Shown piece after piece: positions 51,545-62,075 of a DNA stretch of 64,000 nt (position 1 is its first letter; each line of letters begins with the position of its first letter). Source of the DNA: Eledone cirrhosa (lineage: Eukaryota); the NCBI GenBank assembly GCA_964016885.1, contig OZ024762.1, positions 15,872,001 through 15,936,000 on the forward strand, read 5' to 3'. The notes under the pieces are model-generated. The model saw only the letters and a program-made list of their open reading frames with translations, was not told the origin of the DNA and searched no databases. The position numbers were made by a program, and so were the translations under genes.

Positions 51545-54500
51545 TTAACCCGTTAGCATTTACATTACTCTATATATATACTATTGTATTTTCACAGTAA
51601 AGGCTTTACCTCACATAATATCTCACATAACATTTACATTACTCTATATATACTATTGTATTTTCACAGTAAAGGCTTTACCTCACATAATATCTCACAT
51701 AACATTTACATTACTCTATATATACTATTGTATTTTCACAGTAAAGGCTTTACCTCACATAATATCTCACATAACATTTACATTACTCTATATATACTAT
51801 TGTATTTTCACAGTAAAGGCTTTACCTCACATAATATCTCACATAACATTTACATTACTCTATATATACTATTGTATTTTCCCAGTAAAGGCTTTACCTC
51901 ACATAATATCTCACATAACATTTACATTACTCTATATATACTATTGTATTTTCACAGTAAAGGCTTTACCTCACATAATATCTCACATAACATTTACATT
52001 ACTCTATATATACTATTGTATTTTCACAGTAAAGGCTTTACCTCACATAATATCTCACATAACATCCCGTATACGAGAGACGTGTGTTGACGTGTGTGAA
52101 CAAGCTCGGCTACCGAGTCGGATTTACTTACTCAAAAGTGAGTTTTGATTAATTTTTTATACTGTAATATACGTTAACCCCTTGCCTTGGTCGTCAAACT
52201 TTGAATTTATTTATTTTCGCCCCTTTTTGGGGCGAATTTTCCAGTTAAAAATTTATTACGGCAAACTAATAGAAATGGACGGAATTTTCACATCTCATCC
52301 TAACGTGAAAGCCACACCCCCTAAGAAAGGTGATACAGAGAAGCTAGAAGCACAAGGCTCTAAGTCTTCCCTCCTCACTTCTGCAAAAGAAACATGGAAC
52401 ACGGAATTAAAAGAAAAATTTGTAAAAATGGGTGAAAACCCAGAAAGTCACATAAACGCAGACAAAAACAACAACGACAATAACAGCAATAGTCACAACA
52501 CCAACCAAGGAAAAAATAACGATAACACCAAACAAAGCGAACCCACTACTGGTGCCTCCTTTACACAGGCGGTCCGGAAAACACAGACCTGCAAGCAACT
52601 GGACATTACAACTCTGAGAGAAAAGATGAAGGAAGCAAAACAGTATGTAACTTTCAAAGAAGGAGGAGACTTCACAATCACCTCCCCACAAGAAATCAAA
52701 AGAGACACGACACTAAGAACGATATCTTTCAGAACAATTTCCAACATAACAAGGAAACCAGCTCAATTATCCCAAAAAGAAATTGAGCTGGTCCTAAAAA
52801 ATGTGTGGAGTGATATATCGTTCATACAAAAAGGGCCACTCTATGGGAATATAACGGTGCTTATGAAGGATCAATTGACGGCCAGGAAATACTCTGTGGC
52901 GCCAATTGTTTCCAAGCTACACACATTTTTCCCCACATATTTAGGGAAAAGAACGCAGAAAATAAGGGTCTCCGGAATCCGGCTAAATGCATGCATTTCC
53001 AGGGTACTAACAGGATTTTTAGAAGACGAGGACGGAATCCTCTCAGTAGGAGAAGTCACAACAGACGTTTTCGGCGGTTTGAGCGTGGAGGTTCTGGTCC
53101 AAATGAGACCAGAACGAATAGCTAGAATACCACAGAGGGTGTCCCTCGATGGAGAAACATTTATATACATTTCAGCCGAGGGTAGGAGGCCCATATGTTA
53201 CTACTGTTCAAGCAGGGGTCATCTAAGGGCTGCCTGTCCTCAATTGACAAAAAAATAGGCAAAAGAGCCTTTTTTTTTGGAGCGGTTGCAGGGCATCCCT
53301 TTGGAACCGGGATTGCAGAAAGCGGCGTCGGCCTACGCCGATGACGTGACAGTAATGGTGTCGAAAAACCTCACAAATCGGTGAGATCAGCACCTTACTG
53401 GAGGAATATGAAAGGTTTACAGGAGCCAAGCTGAACCGGAACAAGTCCGTCGGTTTGCAACTCGGAACATGGAGAGGCAAACCGATGCCCTCCAACGACG
53501 TCGTCGGACGCTGGACGGAGGGCCCGGTGAAGCTGCTTGGGGTCTGGTTCGGACCAGACCTCCAAGTGGAGAAAAACTGGAACGAGGTAATGGCCAGGGT
53601 GTTTGCACTCACCCAGAAGTGGGCCCAGTGCAAACTATCCCTGAAAGGTCAAGCGGAGGTGGTGAATACTTATATAGCATCCGTCATCTACTACCGCTTG
53701 ACCGTCGTGCCTTGCCCAGTGAAAAGTCTCGCCAAAATGGAGTGCGCGCTGTTCCAATTTCTTTGGAACAAGCGGACCCCTTTGGTGAGGAGATCCATCT
53801 GCTGTCAACACCCTTCGAAAGGAGGGCTGGGGATGCCGTGGCTACAGATGCGTAAACACGCATTAAGGCTACGGCACCTCCAGGTATTCCTCACCGGTCA
53901 ACCGGTGTGGGCCCCTATGTGAGGCGAGCCTTTCCCAGACTCGTCTCGCTCACCGAGCTGCAATCCTGGGTCAAGCAAAGACCGAGAAAAGTGGGCGACT
54001 GGCACATTGAATGTGCCCAAGCGCTCACGGCCCTCTGGAAAGCAGACCCGGCAATCAGTGGAGACTCCACCTCGACATTCTATAGAGGGTTGGTACGCAG
54101 CAGGTGCGACGATGCTCTCGGAGAAGCTCTAGGGATGGAGGAAGATGAACTGGCCAGTCTGTTCGGTAGGACGTTTGGCCCTGGACCGATGGACAACTTC
54201 CAAAAGTCCCTGGCTTGGCAGTGCTACCGAGGGGCTCTACCCGTTCGAGACAAGCTCCACAGGCATGGGAGCCTGGGTAGGGATCCTTTGAATAAGATCT
54301 GTCCGAGATGCGTGCATGACGATGAAACCGTTGCGCACGCATTCGTACACTGCCCAGGCATTGCTGACCTGTGGGGCTATGTGGAACGACTGCTGTCGAG
54401 GGTGGCACCAATCCGGTTGACCACCGAGTCCATTGTCATGATCAAACCGCCTCCCCCTTTCAAAAACGAAGGAGAGGCGGTTTTTCTCTGTGTGATAGCC

Positions 54501-55070
54501 ATGGCTAAAGAAGTTGTATGGTGGACGAGGCTGAAAGGGCTGAGGTCAGACACCTTTCTCTCCGGCCAACAACTGGTCCCCTTTTTCAAATACCATTTTA
54601 AAAGAAGAATCAGAATGGAGAGAGAGGTGCTCTACCCCAGCAAGTTTTATGAAAGGTGGGTGAAAGTAGGGAGAATGGCCAGAGTGAATGGGTCTTCTCT
54701 CTATATCAGCCTGTAGGTGAAAGAAGAGGAAAAAGAGGAGACGAGGGAAGCACCTACTCTTTGTGCTCCTGAGGAGAAGGGTTGCACATTTTTTCCGGGG
54801 TGTGTGCGACCCATGTGAATGCCCCCTCCCTATTGAGGACTTCGTTTGTTGTTGTTATTTCATTGTTATATTTTTGTACTCGTTAATTATATGTAAACTT
54901 CCCCCCTTGTATCTGTCCCTACCTTTTGTGCCCTGGTGGCAAATAAAGAAACCACTCTATATATACTATTGTATTTTCACAGTAAAGGCTTTACCTCACA
55001 TAATATCTCACATAACATTTACATTACTCTATATATACTATTGTATTTTCACAGTAAACACTTATACAAT
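51545..55070 (+). mobile_element. piggyBac-like MITE 72-bp array split by a Tx1-like insertion
   Basis: Array runs 51557-52065 and resumes at 54954. Confidence 0.75.
52066..54953 (+). mobile_element. Tx1/L1-group LINE: 5' UTR, ORF1 with CCHC knuckle, internally deleted and frameshifted ORF2
   Basis: ORF1 ends ICYYCSSRGHLRAACP; ORF2 remnant AYADDVTV (YADD 53334-45), LNRNKS, KGGLG, CPRCVHDDETVAHAFVHC; AATAAA at 3' end; APE and N-terminal RT absent. Confidence 0.9.
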
Positions 55071-55128
55071 TTGAAATGATTTAGTAATAAAATTATGATG
55101 GAAGATTTTTAAATAAATATAAACACTT

Positions 55129-55318
55129 TAACCCTTTAGCTTTTACATTACTCTATATTTACTATTGTATTTTCATGGTAAAGGCTTTATTTCACATAAT
55201 TATCTCGCATAACATTGAATCTATGAGATTTTGATATTTATTTTGAGAACAATACCTGAACAGAAAGAGGTGAGAGAATTCTGACTGGATATGGCTGGTT
55301 TAAATGTTAAAGGGTTAA
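55129..55318 (+). mobile_element. Short piggyBac-like MITE without array
   Basis: TTAACCCTTTAGC...TTAAAGGGTTAA. Confidence 0.8.
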
Positions 55319-55359
55319 TGAACAAAAGCTAAGAATGAAATAAATATTTTGAAGTTTAC

Positions 55360-55411
55360 CTTGGACAGCAGCTGCAAACAGGACAGACAGAACAAAGAAC
55401 ATGCGAAGCAT
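55360..55411 (-). CDS. SOD3: Extracellular Cu/Zn SOD-like protein, exon 1 (signal peptide)
   Basis: caaaATG context; MLRMFFVLSVLFAAAVQ(A), gtaaac donor phase 1; VQA-GP cleavage site. Confidence 0.85.
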
Positions 55412-55475
55412 TTTGATTTGTAACTCTGATCACAACAACACAACTTGAAGGTGAAGTGGTTGCCTTCATCTTCAG

Positions 55476-55484
55476 CTTTTTATA
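55476..55484 (-). promoter_or_regulatory. TATA box of the SOD gene
   Basis: gcTATAAAAAgc on minus, about 70 nt upstream of the ATG. Confidence 0.75.
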
Positions 55485-55768
55485 GCGAAACATGGAAAGA
55501 TTTTAATCTTGAAATCTCTATTACTCTTACTGTTACGTGGACAGATATGGCTGTAAGACAAAACCTTTGATCACCAAACACAACAGAATATTGAATATCA
55601 GGCAAATATCAGTATCAGACTATATTACTTTTCACTGATGCTGTTGTTTAGATTTTGGAGATTATTATTATAGTAGTAGCATAATAATCTCCAAAATCTA
55701 AACAACAGCATCAGTGAAAAGTAATATAGTCTGATACTGATATTTGCCTGATATTCAATATTCTGTTG

Positions 55769-56125
55769 AAAAGGAAAATCAGGGTAGAGAGGGGAGTGCT
55801 CTCTTCCCAGCATTTTGTTGAAAGATGGGTGAGAGAAGCAAGTATGGCCCGAGTGAATGGGCCTACTCTGAGTATGTTTGTAAATTAAAGGTGGAAAACT
55901 GGGAGAGGGCACTTGCCCTGGTGGTCAGGGTCACTGTGGTCTTTTAATGGGCTTTCTCCACAAATGTCCCTCGGAAGTCTCCCCCCTATTGGGGAATTTT
56001 TCTTTGTTATTTTATTACATCCTCTGTTTTTTTACTCGCAGAAATGCCCATTTGTACCGTCCTGTATTGTCCTGTACTGTCCTTAATGTCTACTTTATGT
56101 AAACCCTTGTGGTTAATAAAGAAAC
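55769..56125 (+). mobile_element. Tx1-like LINE short 3' fragment with 22-bp TSD
   Basis: KRKIRVERGVLSSQHFVERWVREA; TSD attattatagtagtagcataat at 55664-85 and 56126-47. Confidence 0.85.
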
Positions 56126-56509
56126 ATTATTATAGTAGTAGCATAATTAGTATTAGTATTATTATTGTTGTTGTTGTTGTTTGTTTTTGTTTTTTATTAC
56201 ACCGATATTTTAGTTCCAGTTCTTGTTCTTTTCTACAATTCTCCTCCCCCTCAAATTACCCCCACCCCCTCCCTCCCGCCTTCACCTCCATATTGCACTT
56301 GTACTTTGTTTTCTTTTTTTCTTTTTTCTCCCACGCCCTGCCCCGCCCTTTGTTAAAAATCCATGAGTAAGCTTTCATCATCATCATCATCATCACTACC
56401 AACATCATCACCACCACCAACACTAACACCATCACAACTACCACCAACACCAACACCACAGCCCCCACCCCCATCACAACTATCACCAACACCCCAACCA
56501 AAACCATCA

Positions 56510-57470
56510 GCCAGTCCACACTGTAAAGTGGTCATGTAGGTGTCATGACAAAAAGCACCCAGTCCACACTGTAAAGTGGTCGTGTAGGTGTCATGACAAA
56601 AAGCACCCAGTCCACACCGTAAAGTGGTCGTGTAGGTGTCATGACAAAAAGCACCCAGTCCACACTGTAAAGTGGTCATGTAGGTGTCTTGACATAAAGC
56701 ACCCAGTCCACACTGTAAAGTGGTCATGTAGGTGTCATGACAAAAGCACCCAGTCCACACTGTAAAGTGGTCGTGTAGGTGTCACAACAAAAAGTACCCA
56801 GTCCACACTGTAAAGTGGTTATGTAGGTGTCACAACAAAAAGCACCCAGTACTCACTATAAAGTGGTCGTGTAGGTGTCATGACAAAAAGCACCCAGTCC
56901 ATGCCGTAAAGTGGTCGTGTAGGTGTCATGACAAAAAGCACCCAGTCCACACTGTAAAGTGGTCATGTAGGTGTCTTGACATAAAGCACCCAGTCCACAC
57001 TGTAAAGTGGTCATGTAGGTGTCATGACAAAAAGCACCCAGTCCACACTGTAAAGTGGTCGTGTAGGTGTCACAACAAAAAGCACCCAGTCCACACTGTA
57101 AAGTGGTTATGTAGGTGTCACAACAAAAAGCACCCAGTACTCACTGTAAAGTGGTCATGTAGGTGTCACAACAAAAAGCACCCAGTACTCACTGTAAAGT
57201 GGTCATGTAGGTATCACTACAAAAAGCACCCAGTCCACACTGTAAAGTGGTCATGTAGGTGTCACAACAAAAAGCACCCAGTACTCACTGTAAAGTGGTC
57301 ATGCAGGTGTCACGACAAAAATTACCCAGTCCACACTGTATAGTGGTTGGTGTTAAAAAGGACACCCAGCTGTAGAAACTAAGCCAAAATACAGATCTGT
57401 ATGAGCAAGACACGGTCTTTGGACCTCACTTGTCTCATAAAATGACAACCCGTCTAAACCATATAAATGT
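56510..57470 (+). repeat. 48-bp minisatellite (about 17 copies) inside a SINE B-related element
   Basis: ccagtccacactgtaaagtggtcatgtaggtgtcatgacaaaaagcac, followed by the SINE tail. Confidence 0.9.
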
Positions 57471-57482
57471 AGGAAATACACA

Positions 57483-58990
57483 TTAACCCTTTACCATTTA
57501 CATTACTCTATATATACTATTATATTTTCACAGTAAAGGCTTTACCTCACATAATACCTCACATAACATTACTCTATATATACTATTGTATTTTCACATT
57601 AAAGGCTTTACCTCACATAATATCTCACATAACATTTACATTAATCTATATCTACTATTGTATTTTCATGGTAAAGGCTTTACCTCACATAATATCTCAC
57701 ATAACATTTACATTAGTATCGGTAGAGGGTCGGACGCCATGCTTTCCAGCATAGTTGCGTCCCTTTACGATCTGAGTTCAAATCCCGCCGAGGTTGACTT
57801 TGCCTTTCATCCTTACAGGGTCGATAAAATAAAGTACCAGTAATGCACTGGGTAATTGCTGGCCTTGTGCCTAAAGTAGAAACAATTATATTTTTACATT
57901 AAAGGCTTTACCTCTCATAATATCTCACATAACATTCACATTACTCTATATATAGTATCGTATTTTCACAGTAAAGGCTTTACCTCACATAGTATCTCAC
58001 ATAACATTTACATTACTCTATATATACTATTGTATTTTCACAGTAAAGGCTTTACCTCACATAATATCTCACATAACATTCACATTACTCTATATATAGT
58101 ATTGTATTTTCACAGTAAAGGCTTTACCTCACATAGTATCTCACATAACATTTACATTACTCTATATATACTATTGTATTTTCACAGTAAAGGCTTTACC
58201 TCACATAATATCTCACATAACATTCACATTACTCTATATATAGTATTGTATTTTCACAGTAAAGGCTTTACCTCACATAGTATCTCACATAACATTTACA
58301 TTACTCTATATATACTATTGTATTTTCACAGTAAAGGCTTTACCTCACATAATATCTCACATAACATTTACATTACTCGATATATACTATTGTATTTTCA
58401 CAGTAAAGGCTTTACCTCACATAATATCTCACATAACATTTACATTACTCTATATATACTATTGTATTTTCACAGTAAAGGCTTTACCTCACATAATATC
58501 TCACATAACATTCACATTACTCTATATATAGTATTGTATTTTCACAGTAAAGCCTTTACCTCACATAATATCTCACATAACATTCACATTACTCTATATA
58601 TAGTATTGTATTTTCACAGTAAAGGCTTTACCTCACATAATATCTCACATAACATTCACATTACTCTATATATAGTATTGTATTTTCACAGTAAAGGCTT
58701 TACCTCACATAGTATCTCACATAACATTCACATTACTCTATATATAGTATTGTATTTTCACAGTAAAGGCTTTACCTCACATAATATCTCACATAACATT
58801 TACATTACTCTATATATACTATTGTATTTTCATGGTAAAGGCTTTAAATCACATAATATAGAATCTACGAGGTTTTGATATTATTTATTTTGAGAACAAT
58901 ACCTTAACATCAGTTTGAGTGGCCGGTTACAGCCAGTTTGAACAGAAAGAGGTGTGAGAAATATGGCTGGTTTAAATGCTAAAGGGTTAA
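57483..58990 (+). mobile_element. piggyBac-like MITE with long 72-bp array, interrupted by SINE A (about 57715-57890)
   Basis: TTAACCCTTTA...TAAATGCTAAAGGGTTAA. Confidence 0.8.
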
Positions 58991-59792
58991 CCCTTTAGCA
59001 TTTCTGTGTGTGTGTACATGTGTACGTATGTGTGTGTATATGTGTATGTATGTGTATGTGTGTGTTTGTATGTATGTATATGTATGTCTGTCCGTGTGTG
59101 TTTGTATTTCTGTGAGTGCACACAAATGTATGTATGTATGTATGTGTTTGTATGCCTGTGTATGTATGTAGTTGTATGCCTGTGTATGTATGTGTTTGTA
59201 TGCTTGTGTATGTGTGTGTACACACATGTGTATGTATGTGTTTGTATGCCTGTGTATGTGTGTGTGTGTACATGCATGTGTATGTAGGAGCATTAAAGAA
59301 TGATTTTTATCAATGTTTTATATGAAATGAAATTTTGCATATGTAAGCAGATATATCTTCCCAAGGCCTCCTTCCATTCATATACACATACATACACACA
59401 TATACACATACATACACACATATATACATATACACATATATATATACACACATATATACATACATCCATAATCACATATATACATATACACATATATACA
59501 TACACCCATATACACATATAGACATATACACATATATACATACACACATTATACATATTCACATACACACATATATACATACACACAGAGATGTATATAT
59601 ATACACAAACACAAACAGATACATACATATACACACTCACACATACATACACACAGAGATACACACATACATACACAGATACACACAGATGCACACATAC
59701 ATATATGCACACGCACACATACATAGAAACAGTCGCACACACATACATGGAAACATTTGCACACACATACAGACACACACACACACACACAC

Positions 59793-59857
<65 letters not shown>

Positions 59858-59858
<1 letters not shown>

Positions 59859-60715
59859 TAGCAGAAGTACCCGGCGTTACCCGGGTGTAAGTCGACCTTT
59901 GGTCTGTTAGAATGTGTGAAAGTTACTTCCCGCGCATCACAGGTTCAAAACTTCGAACTTCAATGAAAAAAAATAGGTTTATAAGACGCAGGTGTGTAAT
60001 TTATCAATTGTAGTTACACAGTGTATCGTTGAAATTGTTCTCTGCACGACTGACGGAAGTCAAAATCGCTTGATATTCAATGTTCAGTTAATTTAAAGCA
60101 GGGTGAAAATGTCGATTTTTTTTTTCAGGGTTTTTTTTTCTTTACAATTTTTGCGCTCACATGTGCAGAAGAAGAATTAAAAGGGCCTTTATCTTAACCG
60201 CGGCATAATGGTGAGTCTTTTGTGACAGTTTTCAAGAATATCGGACGTTCCTGTAAAAAGTTTTCCCATGTATAACTTTGCCTTGTTTTTTTGCGCAAAG
60301 TCGAGCCCCGCTTCAGTTTTATTGATTTTTTACATCAATGCGTGATCTCTGAAGTAGATTTGAATATGAAAAGATAAACTATTTGGTCCGTCGTTTACTG
60401 AGACAGCTGGGAAGACATGCAGCTGGCCGTCCAATCAATAACGCACGTCCTTATATAGGCATATGAAATTTATTTTTATTGCGCCAGATGTAAACTAAGA
60501 GTTCTTGTGTTCAAATTCACATAAAATTTCATTGGAATCGAAAAACATTCTGTCATAGGGCCCGATTATCGATTTTTCGAAAATTTCAATTAGCCTATTC
60601 CACTCTACGCGTTGAGTTTTATATATGTGTGAGGTTTCAGGAAAATTGGATGAACGGTGTAGCATGCAAGTTCGGAACACCAAACAATGCCGATCTTCAC
60701 TTTATATTTATATAT
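59858..60715 (-). mobile_element. Non-autonomous Helitron-like element
   Basis: Plus strand begins CTAGcagaagtacccggcgttacccgggt (3' CTAG plus hairpin on minus); embedded in TA tracts. Confidence 0.6.
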
Positions 60716-60855
60716 ATATATGTAGAAGTTATGTTTAATTTGTTGGGATACAACAAGCAAATATTTTTATAACTGATATAAAGCACTCAACAAATTTTGG
60801 GAGTAAAAATACAATATATTAATAAATGGAAACTATATTTATAAAAGCATATTTA

Positions 60856-60916
60856 TTTCATTATACATATTTCAAGGACACCAAAGCAAATTATGGTGTG
60901 CTTTCATCAGATAAAA
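60856..60916 (-). ncRNA. Type I hammerhead ribozyme motif within a fold-back inverted repeat (60808-61010)
   Basis: ttttat CTGATGA aagcacacca...tggtgtcctt GAAA TATGTA TA atgaaa. Confidence 0.65.
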
Positions 60917-61284
60917 AGCACACCATAATTTGCTTTGGTGTCCTTGAAATATGTATAATGAAATAAATATGCTTTTATAAATATAGTTTCCATTTATTAA
61001 TATATTGTATATATATATATATGTATGTATATGTAAACAATACACTGTAGAGATTGCATTTGGAAAGAGATGAATATAGAGAGAGGGTAGAGAGATGCTG
61101 GTAGGTCAAGGTGAAGATGATATTAAGATAGATTAAGATAAGAAATATTTGATTGCTGTGTCTGTCTGTCTCAGATTTCAGTTGGGGAGTTGACAACAAC
61201 AACAACTACTGTCATGACAAACGACAACACCAACAACAACAGCTGAAGTTTGTGATCAAGCATTAATCAAGATTAGGTGAGGCT

Positions 61285-61572
61285 TGGCCTGTTACCAGTT
61301 GAAATGAGGCCTACATTTTACATCTGTTATGAATCTGTTACCAGTTGAAATGAGGCCTACATTTTACATCTGTTATGAGTCTGTTACTAGTTGAAATGAG
61401 GCCTATATATTATATCTGTTATGAGTCTGTTACCAGATGAAATGAGGCCTATATATTACATCTGTTATAAGTCTGTTACCAGTTGAAATGTGGCCTATAT
61501 ATTACATCTGTTATGAGTCTGTTACCAGTTCAAATGAGGCCTACATTTTACATCTGTTATGAGTCTGTTACC
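61285..61572. repeat. Minisatellite, about 46-bp unit, about 6 copies
   Basis: ctgttaccagttgaaatgaggcctacattttacatctgttatgagt. Confidence 0.9.
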
Positions 61573-61640
61573 ATCTACTGGTCACAACTCCTGGCAGAAA
61601 GAGCAACATGAAATAAAGTGTCTTGCTCAAGGATATAACA

Positions 61641-61935
61641 CAGCCATGGGCAACATGTGGTCTGTGAAGCTTTCTGAATGGCTTGCCTAAGTCACCTAAG
61701 TGAAATCTTTCTGACTTTTTAACCCCAACTTTTCAGTCGTAATTTATCTTTCTATCATTTTTACGATCAAGGAAAACGATGTGTACGAATTCTGAAAAAA
61801 CAAATCAAAACAACCTGAATTACTGCCCTTTTTTTTTTAATGTGGGCACAAATGTGGGCACGCTTGCGGCCCGCATGATGATGGTGAGCCATATCAAAGG
61901 CATGCCCGCTTCTTGAAAAAGGTTGGCCATGCCTG
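61641..61935. mobile_element. hAT-type MITE inserted in a SINE remnant
   Basis: TIRs CAGCCATGGGCAAC / GTTGGCCATGCCTG; 8-bp TSD at(a/g)taaca. Confidence 0.7.
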
Positions 61936-62075
61936 ATGTAACACCTCACCTGCTCCATGAATCAAATGGTGTCAGGATATTTACCAGACATGGTACAATG
62001 AAATTTAACAAATTTTTCTCTCATGTTTCTCTAAATGAGGAGCTACTTTATGACTTCTGTCATCTGGGTGGCCTA

